A DNA stretch of 64,000 nt from Marsupella aquatica (lineage: Eukaryota; Plantae; Marchantiophyta). A program made the translations under genes and the position numbers. The stretch covers positions 11,368,858-11,432,857 of the forward strand of contig OZ316895.1 of assembly GCA_973895155.1 (NCBI GenBank), written 5' to 3'. The notes beneath the pieces were generated by a model, which worked only from the letters and a program-made list of their open reading frames with translations, did not search any database and was not told where the DNA came from. Shown here piece by piece: positions 22,432 through 35,173 of this stretch (position 1 is the first letter of the stretch; each line of letters begins with the position of its first letter).

Positions 22432-23121
22432 ATGGCGGAGATTACGCTATTCGCCAGCAGGTATTCTCCATTTGCACAACGAGCGCAAATAGCATTGAGG
22501 GAGAAGCAAATCCCATTCGAGCTCATCGACGTAGACTTCAAGAGCAAACCACAGGCCCTACTGGACGCCAATCCCATCCATAAGAAAGTCCCGACCATCG
22601 TCCACAAAGGCAAGCCGGTGGCGGAATCCCTCGTCATCCTGGAATACTTGGAAGATGCATTTCCGGAGCAGGTTCCATTGTTGCCGAAGGATGCCTACGA
22701 GAAATCTAAGGTCAGATTCTGGACTGACTACGTCCACCAGAGCTTCGTCAAAATCACGGCTGGCTTGAGCGCCCAGGCGGGAACTCCAGAGAAGCTTGCT
22801 TCAGTTGAAGCATCGATGACTTTGTTGAAGACATTAGATTCAGCCATGACCAGTTTCTCTGCAGATGGTCCTTTCTTTACTGGAGACAAATTCAGATATC
22901 TCGATGTGGTCCTGGCGCCGCTCTGCAGTGCTCTAGTAGTCATAAAAGGACTGGGAGGCGGTACGATGCCAGGCCCCGATGAGTTGCCTCGGTTCTACAA
23001 GTGGCTGGAGGTGGTTACGGCGCATCCAAGTGTGAGCTCTTCCCTGCCTTCAGAAGAAGAAACCTGGGAGTTCCTGAAGGCTAGGTTCTCACAAATGACC
23101 ATCAGCAAACCCATTTCTTAG
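22432..23121 (+). CDS. Tau-class glutathione S-transferase (copy 1, intronless CDS)
   Basis: SPFAQRAQIALREK, NPIHKKVPTIVH, ESLVILEYLED, RFWTDYV, GPFFTG..F.YLDVVL; 229 aa. Confidence 0.92.
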   Translation: MAEITLFASRYSPFAQRAQIALREKQIPFELIDVDFKSKPQALLDANPIHKKVPTIVHKGKPVAESLVILEYLEDAFPEQVPLLPKDAYEKSKVRFWTDYVHQSFVKITAGLSAQAGTPEKLASVEASMTLLKTLDSAMTSFSADGPFFTGDKFRYLDVVLAPLCSALVVIKGLGGGTMPGPDELPRFYKWLEVVTAHPSVSSSLPSEEETWEFLKARFSQMTISKPIS

Positions 23122-24435
23122 TTTTATGCATTGCAGTTGCCCCAAAGATGAGCTCAAGTTGGAGAGCCCGTAGGTAAAGTCCAAGAAGGTTTATCGCAAT
23201 GCCAATCGCCTGTACTCCTTTACGCTAAATGCTTACAGCTACAGTCGAGAGTCAACTCTTGTGTCGATGGCGTTCAAGGCAAATGTCTGGGAGTAAAGAG
23301 GATTTTGCCTGGAGCGTTATATTATGTCCATTTTCGGAGCTTTACTCCACAACGCTTTGGATGACTAGCTGGACAGTTAGTCGAATCACAGTCAAAAGTA
23401 TTGCATATCTCTCAAGACGCGTCGAGTTCTTATCGATCAGAGCTGATCTGTGAGAAAAATAGATTTTATAGAGGTGCGAAATCTATGATGCCAGTTATGC
23501 CATCGTAAAATTTGCAACCGTGACAACCATCCCACATACCCCAATAAGTAGCTGATTTACATCAACAAAACTTTGAAATTCATCAACACTTTCCACAGAC
23601 TGTCCCGACCGACACAACAATGTTAATGGACTGTATGACAAAATTGGTAGATCAACCGTCAATTTTTGTAGACTGCGTGATCTTGTTTCATAGCAGGCTA
23701 GTTATACAGTTTCACAAACATTGGCCATTGATATGAGGCATTTGGTACATAGTCTGTTGGACTAAACAAGTTCTTTGACGAGTTAACATAGTTTTATGGA
23801 AGTCGGGATATAGAGTTTCGGGAATCGGAATTCTGTAGTTGAAGAGACGGATGGTTCTTCTATCTGTTTTGTGGCGACTGCAATCCAGGAGTTCTGCTGC
23901 ATGTTATTGCTGCATTAGTACTGATGAGCACGCACGAAGAAGTGTTGGGGCATGGGCAAAGTAAGGTGCTCAATGATAGCATATAAGAAGAAGGTCTCGA
24001 GATGATCGATACAACGGATTGAAACATAGATAGCCTCAATTTCACATTATTTTTAAAGATCGTCATAAAAATGCTCTGAATCGGAGAACATGGGATTCAA
24101 CGCTTCCCTCAAGGGAGTTGAGATCTGCTTCTTGATGTTCAATTGCAGATTTACAGCGTCAGTTTGTCTGAGGGAAAAAATCTACGCATAACATTTGCTT
24201 TTGCTTTACGCACCATCCTTGGATGTCAAAAATGATTATTCATAGAAGTGACGTTGTGTAGGTTCTAGACAGTTTTCTATACTCAACGAGGACACGTGTT
24301 GAATGACATGGTCATACGCTGAGTAGGACACATTCAATCAAGCAAAAAAAATAGGAAATATTAACTCCGATCATTGGGAAGGCACAGTGACAGCAATTAG
24401 TTCCAAACAATTAGTCGAGAGCGCAAAACCCATAC

Positions 24436-24640
24436 ACTAAAGAGTATATATATATATATCACAGTGCCCAAAGGCAAAAAACTCCTTAAAGGGGAGACAT
24501 GATCCCAAAGGGGAAACAACCCAATGAAGGGGAGGAAAAGAGGAGCAAAAGAGGGAGACATGATCCCAAAGGCAAAGCAATCCAATGAAGGGGAGGAAAA
24601 GGGAAAAGAGGGGAAAAAAAGAAGGGAAAGGGAAAGGGAA
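24436..24640 (-). mobile_element. Short 3'-end fragment of a CRE-like non-LTR family
   Basis: Minus strand has GGGATCATGTCTCCC twice and ends GTGATATATATAT, as at 44100-44165; replaces sequence present in the paralogous block near 30130-30670. Confidence 0.45.
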
Positions 24641-24737
24641 CAGATGATTGTCTGCGAACTTGCTGCACCAAAGCGCCATCACCAAGAATTAAGAAACGTC
24701 CATCACTACTGCTGTCTTGACCATCTCTGGTCTCCAC

Positions 24738-25451
24738 TCATTTGGAAGCACCAGCCGCGGCTGCGGCAGCTGCAGCTTCTCTTCTCGCCCACAAAAATGC
24801 AAAAAACTCTTCTTTGGGTGGAACGGCCACTTTGTAACTTGGGCGAACGGAAATTGCCTCAATGCACTTGTGGAATCGAGGAATTTCATCAGGCCCGGGG
24901 ACGACAAGGCCACCAGCCTCCTCAGCCCACATTACAACATTCTTCAACGGACCAACCACAACATCTAGATATCCAAACGTCTCTCCCAAAAAGAACGGCC
25001 CCTCTTTGGAGAAACTGGTCATGGCCGCATCAAGCGTCTTCAAGAACTTTACGGATTCCTCGTGAGCGACCTTCTGCTCTGGAGATCCAGCCTTCGCTTT
25101 CGCGGATTCCATCAACTTCTCGGAACTTTTGTAGACGTAGTCGGCCCAGAACCTTACCTGGGACTTCTGATGAGCGCCCTTAGGCATCAGTGGAACTTGC
25201 TCAGGCCATTCATCTTCAAGGTACTCCAGAATAATCAGCGATTCTGCCACTGGTTTCCCATCGTGGATGATCGTAGGGATCTTCTTCCAGATGGGATTAG
25301 CCTCCAGCAAAAGCTTTGGTCTGTTGGCGAAGTCAATAGTGATGGGCGTGTATGGAATGCCTTTCTCTTCCAGAGCAAGTCGCACACGTTGTGCGAACCA
25401 ACTGATCGGGAACGTAAACAGAGTCACTGGTGCATCTGCGACGGCACCCAT
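24738..25451 (-). CDS. Tau-class glutathione S-transferase (copy 2, intronless CDS)
   Basis: SWFAQRVRLALEEK, NPIWKKIPTIIH, ESLIILEYLED; ATG at 25451 (the ORF-track start at 25466 is a GTG after a CAG acceptor); 237 aa. Confidence 0.92.
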   Translation of the reverse strand: MGAVADAPVTLFTFPISWFAQRVRLALEEKGIPYTPITIDFANRPKLLLEANPIWKKIPTIIHDGKPVAESLIILEYLEDEWPEQVPLMPKGAHQKSQVRFWADYVYKSSEKLMESAKAKAGSPEQKVAHEESVKFLKTLDAAMTSFSKEGPFFLGETFGYLDVVVGPLKNVVMWAEEAGGLVVPGPDEIPRFHKCIEAISVRPSYKVAVPPKEEFFAFLWARREAAAAAAAAGASK

Positions 25452-26685
25452 TGTCTTAACCGACACCTGATCCTCGCAGAATTTTGGGTCAACTTGAGCG
25501 ACTAAGGGGACAGCAACTTGAGGGAATATCTACCGGTTTGCACCTGCAACACAAATACCATAACAAATGTACAACACACACGGTGAGATACTGAGATGGG
25601 CATGCACTGCCAAAAGCAATTTGCTGTAAACGGGTTTCTTCTATCAACTCACTAGGAATTGCGGCACCACTTATGGCGCAGCTTTTAGAAATAACTGAAG
25701 CATGCTCCGGCACTCCAAACAAACGTAGTTCTCACACTGAAAAAAAAAATTGTAAAAGACAACGCCAATGCGACTTCAATAGCAGACGTTGTAAAAGCAA
25801 CGACCTGGAAACTGAAGCTCGCACTCTAGCATGACGTCAATTCTACTGAAACTCTGTGTTAGTTACCTGGGTGTTAATCTTTCTTAGAGTCCGGCAGGAT
25901 CTCTGGTGAGGCCTCGAGTCGTTGGTTGCTGCTCTGGCGCTCATCCAATGAAGGGGTACTGGAGCTATGGACAACTCTATGTTTTATACACTCAGGATCC
26001 CATGAATGGAACCATGACAGACGAGATGTGCCGCTTGTAGATCTGTTGTGGGGCCACCTTTCCACTTACACTCAGTTTTGCTTCAAAGGAGAAACTGACT
26101 TGGAAGGTTCCCCATCTCGAAAAGTCCGGTTACCAACGACTGGATTTTAGTGGGGAGGGCGATCATCCGTGTTCAGCGGTCAAATCAGGACTTCCAGTCA
26201 GTGGTGAGCTTCGTGGGGAAGACAGCCCCTCAAGAGAAACGAATAAACGATAGACACGAGGGATGAATGTGGGATGTAAGTTGGTAGTGGACCGTCCATA
26301 CATGCAAAACGTGCTTAAGTGCCTGGATAGACCTCTACGTTTCCCAAAACGTTAAGATGTAGGTTGAAATGTGCATCGAAACTCTCTTTCCTGCTCTGAT
26401 GGTATATAACCATGTCTACGTGCAAGGCTTCCAGGAAGACACCACCAGTAAGTGCAGGCTCCCGGGACTACTCCACTAGGCAGCACTTATCTACAGAATG
26501 CACTATGCCATAAATGCATGGGACTCCATTTATGCACTTTCTCCATATTTCCATGGTCTGCACTATCTGGTGAGTGCATGAGAAATCACTTATGCACTTC
26601 TTGGTTGTGTTTTAGGGTCACACACATTTGACTCCTCCTACCCTGAGTACTCACATTGCATATTTGAACTGGATAAGTGCATGAA

Positions 26686-26805
26686 ACTATTTTATGTAAT
26701 TGTTTGCTGTGCTTATCAATAAATGCTTATGTTTGCATTAATTCCAACTATTTTATGTAATTGTTTGCTGTGCTTATCAATAAATGCTTATGTTTGCATT
26801 AATTC
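26686..26805. repeat. 60-bp tandem duplication
   Basis: CTATTTTATGTAATTG...GCATTAATTCCA twice. Confidence 0.85.
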
Positions 26806-27378
26806 CAGGAACTGAGAAATGCATGTGTACACTAACAGACATAAATGCTCTTATGTATTTGTTGTTCAGTGCCTACATTTTGTCATTTAGTAAGAGTTTA
26901 CCTGCACTTATGCAAGACTGCATTTTTTGTTGCATTTACAAAGGAAATCTTTGTGATGTCTTTGTTAATTCTGAAATAAAAAATTATGCATCCAGAACAA
27001 TGTTCCCAAGAATTGAAAGATGGGCTGCATCACTTTTTAAGCCCTGAGCCTCACTTGGCAAAGCTCATAAGTTGAATTTAATTTTGATACTCGAATCTGT
27101 TAAGAAGCTCAATCATGCTCGATGTTTCCTAGATAATCCTTTGACCCTCCCTAACTTAATGTCAGCTTACATGTGACTGGCTTCCTGCCTGTAAGGGTTG
27201 CAAGGAGGATGAAAAAAATGGAGGCATGATTGAAGAACTTAAGGTAATATTAAGATTGACGTGACCACTAAAACTATACAAAACAAAAAAATCTCCTTGC
27301 ACATAACAACCAGATATATAGCATTTACTTAGCCTTAAAGGAGAATATGTTAGTAGAGGTCCCATACTCATATCACAA

Positions 27379-27744
27379 TGTTGAGCAAATAAGCATTGAC
27401 AACGGCAAGCCCATAATCATCTAACTCACAAGTAGTTGACATAGAGAGATACATGGTTCACCTCATCTGAGACTGCATTCATGGGAACACACAAGAGTTT
27501 TACTGTACTCTAGACCCCGTCGTCCATACCTAGTCTCTGCAATACATGATCTCCCTATCTCTCAACTGGCTCCATAACAATGAGATTGAGTTTCTCATAT
27601 CCAAGCAGCCAAACACCCTCATATCCAAGCAAACATCACTTGGTATACAGTGTGCAACCTACTTAACCTATCCTATCCGCGACTAAGGTCAGCCCTAGCT
27701 ACAATTACAGTCGTAACCTTAGACCTAAGAGTACATGCCCAACA
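27379..27744 (-). mobile_element. Old solo LTR related to the copia LTR
   Basis: TGTTGAGCA...CCCAACA; first ~210 bp align to the copia LTR; flanks CACAA/CATAA; absent from the paralog at about 37815. Confidence 0.75.
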
Positions 27745-28536
27745 CATAACTCAGTCGCTCAATTGTAATCCTCAAAGGAACTATCACACGTACTTCTTAT
27801 CCATAAGCATATGGATGGATGGATGGATGGATGGACCACAGCAATGTTAATAAGACTCTTGTTGTCTTGATTGATGCCGCACTCAGAAGAACCACAATTG
27901 AATTACATCTTCAATACTAATAAAATTAGTCAGCATTGGGTGTATAATTCCCATCATTCAACAGGACTGTCAATGAGTACTGGCGATACAACCTGATGAT
28001 TCACGTTCAGAGGAGCTGAATTAAATGTTTATATGGACTCTGCAGGTTGCAATCAAAAATAACCTACAGAGACTAGGCAAGATGCCCGGCCCTAGGTAAC
28101 CAGGGAGTTACAAGAGTTGCTTTAAGGGTGCTGATTCATTCAATGGTTATAGACTCAAGATTTTGTCAAAAGACAACCCCTAGGAAACGCACCTTCTTGG
28201 GGAGTGGGGAGGACAATTCCTTGCTTCTTTCAGCATCGAAAGCCACCCAATGCACAGGGGTCTTGGTAACTGCACATCAAAATATGACATATACTATGTA
28301 CGACGCCCCTGCATATAGTGATAATTCTAGTTTTTTCCTTTCAATCAATGAATGCAGCCACATTTTGATGTGTGATTACCAGCAGGGACTGCACAGCATA
28401 GAGCTCCCCGTTCTCCTATTGTTTCCAGGGTAACAACATACTTGACTGATCGCTTTAAATGCAAACTAAGGGGAGAATTAAACTGAGTGACCAGTATTCA
28501 GCTTGAGAACCCAAATACTACCCATCTTGTGCTTAA

Positions 28537-28808
28537 TGTGTTTGAGTCCTTTGTAAGATGTTCTCTTGTCACATTTAAACATACTTTAGCCAAGGAATAA
28601 GTGACATTCAGGTGGGTCCTCAATCTGTCTTTCAGCAATTAATCTAGCATCACTGGCTGCATTTCGCTTTACAAGACCTTGGAGGCCATAAAAGGATTCC
28701 AAGAATGCTTTTCTCCCCGGGACTCTATATTTAGTGTGTGCAATCGCCCTCCAGTTTGCTTTGGTGAAGAAACCTCCTAAGTGCCCCCAACGTCTTGTAA
28801 AGTCATCC
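28537..28808 (-). mobile_element. Partial Tourist-like MITE (same family as 42167-42725)
   Basis: Reverse complement of about 42167-42436; TAA on both sides; empty site GCTTAACGC at about 38440. Confidence 0.75.
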
Positions 28809-28968
28809 TAACACATACGAAGAGCTCGTTACCTATCTTGTATTCTGCCCTCACAACCCCACTCACAACATTGCATCGAGTATGTCTTGCCTTCGCCTCT
28901 GACTTGGACCTCTTTCAGGGCTACATCCGTTTGGAGCAGGGTTGACTTACCCTAGTCTCGCTCCTCAA

Positions 28969-29812
28969 AGTCTATGTTCATTCCAAGAAGAGATTTTCAG
29001 GATGAGATTTCACAATTTCCTTGCACTTGAAGTTACCTAGGAGCTCTGTAATTTTGTATTGTTCCAATAATCTATGTTGATTCCAAGAAGAAACTTTCAG
29101 GATGAGAGGTCACAATTCTTTCCTTGCACTTGAAGTTGTTGAGCATAGACGGCATTCGCAACGACAAGCCCATAAACCATCCAACGCACAATAGTCGACA
29201 CAGAGAGATACGTGATTCACCTCCACATGAGGCTATGTCCATGAGAACACACAAGAGCTTTACTGCACTCTAGGCCGACCGGCCATACCAAGCATCCACA
29301 ACACAAGCTCTCCCTATCTCTCAACTAGCTCCATACCAATGAGCCTAAGTTCCACCAGGGTCTGGCATCAACCCTAGCTATATGCACAACAGCATTACCG
29401 CTAACATTAGCTAAGTTTTAATTCGAGTTAGACTAACTGTGGTTAACTCATGAGTCACAAAACTAGAGCAGTATCTAACAGAAGTTACCCAATAATTTAG
29501 TATTGTTCCAATAGTCTATGTTCATTCCAAGAAGAGAATTTCAAGATAAAATCTCACAATTCTTTCCTTGCATTTGAAGTTACCTGGTAATTTGGTATTG
29601 TCCTCATAGTCTATGTTCATTCCAAGAAGAGATTTTCAGGATGAGATTTCACAATTTCTTCCTTGCACTTGAAGTTACCTGGTAATTTGGTATTGTTCCA
29701 ATAGTCTATGTTCATTCCAAGAAGAGACTTTCAGGATGAGAGCTCACAATTCTTTCCTTGCACTTGAAGTTACGTGGGATGCTCCCCATCAACCGCTACA
29801 AGAGTGAACCCC
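28969..29812 (+). repeat. Five-copy ~95-bp tandem array derived from GST copy-1 upstream sequence
   Basis: Units start at 28969, ~29069, 29513, 29608 and 29703; unit core and 3' run-out match 21940-22038. Confidence 0.85.
29137..29480 (-). mobile_element. Solo LTR of the same copia family
   Basis: 344 bp TGTTG...TAACA aligned to the copia LTR; 5-bp TSD GAAGT on both sides. Confidence 0.93.
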
Positions 29813-30767
29813 TTGTTAGAACATGATGATTAGTAGTTACTTACATGTTTAGAGTCTATTACTTAAGACACTTCAGGGATATAACTGATTCTAGACGCCA
29901 TACAAATCTGGGAGAAACTTTTGTGTGGATTCATTATTGAGAACAAGGTAATAGAAAGAAATACCGAGAGGGGCGCTCACCATTGAGGGCCACCAATGCA
30001 CCTCACACACTCTAGCATGAATGATTGTTTAAAGCAAAAGCCATAGGAAATATTATCTCCGATCATTGCGAAGGCACAGTGACTCACAGCAATTAGTTCC
30101 AAACAATTACTCGAGAGCGCAAAACTTTCCATATCTTTGACATCTAATCCATCGTCATTGCAGCTCAAATTGTACAGATGTCTGCACTTTTGCTGAATTT
30201 ATGAAACCAACTCAATTGCACTAGTAATGCAATTTGAGAGCCAAATGACAGTCAAAGTCATCACACGCGACGTTTGATCAATATTTAACTAGAGACCTTG
30301 AGGAAAGTTCTCTCCCCTCGAACGCACTCAAGTGCAGGTCGTCTCCAAACAAGACGCTTAGCCTCTAACCCGGGCTAGGCTGATAAGGTCCCGAATCTAA
30401 GTAAGCACTTTTTCTTTGCCTTGAAAACGTCCCGAATCTAAGTAAGCACTTTGTTTTTTTCCTTGAAAACCGAATGCAGGCCCATCCAACAGAGGATAGA
30501 TCGACGTCCTGCTTTGGAGCATGCATTTCTATGTAGGGCAGCCACAAGGGGACAATACCCACGGATCCCACAGATTGCGTTAAGATTTTTCCCGCTCTTG
30601 GCTTTGTGCAATTCAAACTTACTGTAGCAAATAAAAATGCCAAACCAAAGCTTAAGAAACCAGTCCACAACAGATGATTGTATGTGAACTTGCTGCACCC
30701 AAGGGCCATCACTAAGAATTTAGGAACGTCCATTACTACTACTGTCGTGACCATCTCTAGTCTCCAC

Positions 30768-31481
30768 TCATCTGGAAGCACCAGCCGCGGTTGCGGCAGC
30801 TGCAGCTTTTGTTCTCTCCCAAAAAAAGGCAAAAAGTTCTTCTTTGGGTGCAACGGCCACTTTGTAACTTGGGCGAACGGCAATTGCCTCAATGCACTTG
30901 TGGAATCGAGGAATTTCATCAGGCCCAGGGACAACGAGGCCACCAACCTCCTCAGCCAACATTACAATATTCTTCAACGGACCCACCATAACATCTAGAT
31001 ATCCGAAAGTCTCTCCCATAAAGAACGGCCCCTCGTTGGAGAAACTGGTCATGGCCGTATCTAGCGTCTTCAAGAACATTATGGATTCCTCGTGAGCGAC
31101 TTTCTGCTCTGGAGATCCAGCCTTCGCTCTCGCAGATCCCAGCAACTTCTCGGAACTTTTGTGGACGTAGTCGGCCCAGAACCTTACCTGGGACCTCTGA
31201 TGAGCGCCCTTAGGCATCAGTGGAACTTGCTCAGGCCATTCATCTTCAAGGTACTCCAGAATAATCAGTGATTCTGCCACTGGTTTCCCATCGTGGATGA
31301 TGGTAGGGATCTTTTTCCAGATGGGATTAGCCTCCAGCAAAAGCTTTGGTTTGTTGGCGAAGTCAATAGTGATGGGCGTGTATGGAATGCCTTTCTCTTC
31401 CAGAGCAAGTCGTACGCGTTGTGCGAACCAACTGATCGGGAACGTAAACAAAGTCACTGGTGCATCTGCGACGGCACCCAT
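30768..31481 (-). CDS. Tau-class glutathione S-transferase (copy 3, recent paralog of copy 2)
   Basis: 237 aa, highly similar to copy 2; flanks also duplicated (about 24340-26955 vs 30030-33377). Confidence 0.92.
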   Translation of the reverse strand: MGAVADAPVTLFTFPISWFAQRVRLALEEKGIPYTPITIDFANKPKLLLEANPIWKKIPTIIHDGKPVAESLIILEYLEDEWPEQVPLMPKGAHQRSQVRFWADYVHKSSEKLLGSARAKAGSPEQKVAHEESIMFLKTLDTAMTSFSNEGPFFMGETFGYLDVMVGPLKNIVMLAEEVGGLVVPGPDEIPRFHKCIEAIAVRPSYKVAVAPKEELFAFFWERTKAAAAATAAGASR

Positions 31482-32156
31482 TGTCTTAACCGATACCTAA
31501 TCCTCAAAGAATTTCGGTCACCTTGAGTGATGAAGAGGACAGCAACTTGAGGGAATAGCTACCGGTTGCACCTGCAACACACATACCACAACAAATGTAC
31601 AACACGGTGAGATGGGCATGCACTGCCAAAGCACTTTGCCATAAACGAGTTTCCATTATCAACTCACTAGGACTTGCGGGCACCACTTATCGCGCAGCAT
31701 TAGACATAACTGAAGACTACTCCGATACTCCAAACAACCGTAACTGAAAACATTGCAAAAGACAACGCCAATACGACTTCGCCCAATAGAAGACATTGAA
31801 AAAACAACGACCTGGAAAGTGAACTCTAGCATGACATCAATCTACCGGGCAACTACTGAACTCTCTGTTTGCTACCTGGGCATTTGTCCAACGTAGAGCT
31901 AGGCAGGACTCTGGTGAGGTCTCGCGTCGTTGATTGCTGCTCTGGCGTTCGACCAATGAAGGGTTACTTATACACTCAGGATCCCATGAATCGAAGCATG
32001 ACTGACGAGATATGCGGTTTGTAGCCCGTTTGTAGATCTGCTGTGGGACCACTAGTCCACTGACACTCAATTATGCCTCAGAGGAGAGCTGCATCGGAAG
32101 GTTCTCCATCTTGAAAAGTCCAGTCACCAAAGTGGATTTTAATGGGGAGGGGTGAT

Positions 32157-32588
32157 TATATATCACACTGCAAGGCGGGAAACAGGGTCCCACAGGCAAA
32201 AAGGCCCAATGAACCCAGCAAAAAACCAACAAACGAAAACTCCCATGGGACCTTATCAATGCAAAAGGCCCAACGCAGGGGAGGCCAGCAAAAAGCAACA
32301 AAGAAGAAAGAAGAAAGGCCATGGGACCCTATCAATTGGCAAACTGCTCCAGAGCCTCGTAGAGTTATGGAGTGAAGTGTATAAGGGGGTCTAACAATGG
32401 CACCTGACTAGCCACCCTAACACTAACTGTCTCACCCTTACAAAAAATAGTGAATGCCTGAGCCCACTGGAGTGCGACTGACATCCACTGTCAAAAAAAG
32501 GCGGTGCTGATGGACACTGGTGGATATGGCCTCCACTCAACATAAAGAACCACACAAGATTGTAGGGGTGATTCCTTTCATGAAACAA
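32157..32588 (-). mobile_element. 5'-truncated CRE-like non-LTR fragment
   Basis: Minus strand aligns with 43880-44165 and ends GTGTGATATAT; absent from the paralogous site at about 26160. Confidence 0.6.
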
Positions 32589-33689
32589 TCATCCCTATTC
32601 AACTGTCAATCAGTACATCATACCAGTCAATGGTGAGCTTCGTGGGCAAGACAATCCCTCAAGAGAAATGTTGAATGTAGAGTGAACCATGGGTACTTTG
32701 GTAGTGTACTGTCCATAAGTGCAAAACATGCTCTAGTGCATGGATTGACCTTGATGTTTGCCAAACATTAACATGTAGGTTGAAATGTGCAGCAAAACTC
32801 TCTTTTCTGCTCTGATGATATATACAATGAACCATGTCTAAGTGCAGGCTCCTGGGAAGACACCACTCAGTTAACCGTGTCCAAAGGCAAGCTCCCAGGC
32901 ACACACCACCGGGCAGCACTTATCTACGGAATAAGCTATGCCATAAATGCACGAGACACCATTTATGCACTTCTCCATATGTGCATGGTCTGCACTATCT
33001 AGTTGGTGCATGGGAAATCACTTGTGCATTTCCTGGTTGTGTTGTTGGGTCACACACATTGGACTCCTCATACCCCGAGCATTGCACATTCAAACTGGAT
33101 AGGTGCATGCAACTACTTTATGCAATTGTGTGCTGTACTTATCAATACATGCTTGGTATGTCTGCATTCTAGGAACTGAACTCAGAAGTGCATGTGTAAA
33201 CTAATAGACATAAATGCTCTTATGTGTTTGTCGTTTACTAATGCAGGAACTGAGAAATGCTTGTGTACACTAATAGACTTAAATGCTCTTATGTCTTTGT
33301 TGTTTAGTGCCGACATTTGTGTCATTTAGTAAAAGTTTACCTGCATTTCTTGTTGCATTTACAAAGAAAATCTTTGTAATATTAACGGATGACATGGTTG
33401 GCCTGCACTTATCCATGGCACTAATCCATGGAATGCACTAATACACATCCACCATATTACACTAGAAAGTGAAATGCAACTGAAAACAGAGATAGTCATC
33501 TTTGGATATTGATAGCTCTTTGAATTCTCAATGAAAGTCTGAGATATTCCACTAATTGTTAACATCTTTCCAAAAAGCTTCTAGCAAACCCAAGAACAGC
33601 TGATTTCCCTGTTACCGAAATTGAAGGTAGAAGTTTGCTGATCAAAACCTTTAGGAAACTAGAAGAGTGCAGTGGCCTGTATCATGGCA

Positions 33690-33810
33690 TCACTCCCGAT
33701 AGTCTTCCTGATGTTGAATTTAGAATTTACACCGTCAGTTTAGCTCCGGACACTCCAGACAGTCTTGCTGATGTTGAATTTAGAATTTACACCATCAGCT
33801 TAGCTCCAGA
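33690..33810. repeat. 60-bp tandem duplication
   Basis: CACTCC..AGTCTT.CTGATGTTGAATTTAGAATTTACACC.TCAG.TTAGCTCC twice. Confidence 0.8.
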
Positions 33811-35173
33811 TAAACGCTAAGTACGTGCAAGATATTTTACTCATTGCTCGTGCTCATGCTAAGAAGTGGATAATCATTAACCTAGAAGTCGGATACAATT
33901 GAGTTTTTTTTTAAGCATCGTGAGCCTGATAGACAATCATCCAGAAAATTGTAAAAGCGAAGCAGTAATGTAAGAGGTCTAACAAGCGCTACAAGTACTC
34001 CGCGGCATGCACACTGAGCTTGTTTTAGATTGTTGATGGACAAGTTAGATTAGAACTCAGCTTCCTCATCTCTAGTGTGATGACCACTAAGCTTCTTCTT
34101 TAGAACATTCATAGACAGGATGATATAGATCTCAGCTTTCTCGTATCTCTGGTTACATACAGCATACATGTGCCTTGCAATTACTCTGCCTCACACTATC
34201 CGGGACTGTGAAGCTAGTTTTTCAGGAAAATCTCAAATCTCAGTAAAACTTTTCGGGTTGAGCTGTGGGCCTGAAGTTATGTAAAAGGGCCTTTGGTGAA
34301 GACACAAGACAGGGGACTAATTCAAGTACTCCCACTGGTGCAACTGACATTTTGGGTTCGACTGCAGAAGTAACACCCACTGACTAGTATCACGCAATCA
34401 AGTACATCCTTGAACGTACTGGACTGGAGATTGTCTGACATCTTTTGTATCACCTGCTGCCCCTTGCACTCTAGACTACATCCCAGCACTACGGTAGTAG
34501 GTAGTGTGGAAGGCCACAATCATTCCAGCAATCGCCACGGTTCTGTACGTAGTAGGCTTTCTCAGCAGCTATGCTGCCCAAATCGTAATGTGACCTGCTC
34601 CTCTTGCCCCCTAGACTACATCCTAGCACCAGTGGAGTTGTGGAAGGCCGCCATCGTCATATTAGTTACATAGTAGACAACTATGTTCCCCACACCAAAG
34701 CCGACGGCGCCTGGACAGGGACACTCAAACTTGGAGTAATTTTCTAAAGGTGTCAGATGGGCTATGGTTCTTCAAAGACGCCTCGTGATAGCTTTCCACA
34801 TAATTACCACGAGCCTACACGTCTTTTTCTTCCTTTTTGTACAATGTCGCCAATTTGATAGTCTCCTGCTGTAGGATTTCTGCCAACGAAGTCGTCTGTC
34901 CGACCTCGTCCTTCCTTTTCTCGTCAGCACCTACACTATCATAAACATTCAGGAAAGCTACGTGGCAGAACTGTCCCATTCATGAGATCTGGACGTTGCA
35001 GAGCAGAGAACATGTTTTTGATTATTCACTTTAGAGTTACGATTTTATTAGCAGTTTCTGGGTTAGGAGAGAAGAGTGCTACATAGCAAGTTAGTTTTAG
35101 CTTTCAATTTGGGCAGATCGATCAGCAGTTCATGATCGCAGTTCTGAACCTTTGCAGCTCCAAGGTTTCGACA

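Larger units (their letters stand above)
26968..28968. repeat. Degenerate duplicate of the GT47 3' end and downstream flank (about 37419-38574)
   Basis: Long colinear matches, e.g. 27048 vs 37499 and 28880-28968 vs the GT47 C-terminal codons; carries two TE insertions absent from the paralog. Confidence 0.85.

Noticed and set aside
24524-25505. Long antisense ORFs over the GST genes (and similar ones over GT47 and TE genes)
   Set aside because: Shadow ORFs of real coding sequence on the opposite strand
25832-25839. TGACGTCA (TGA/as-1-like) site upstream of GST2, mutated in the GST3 copy
   Set aside because: A single 8-mer is expected by chance and the paired as-1 spacing is absent
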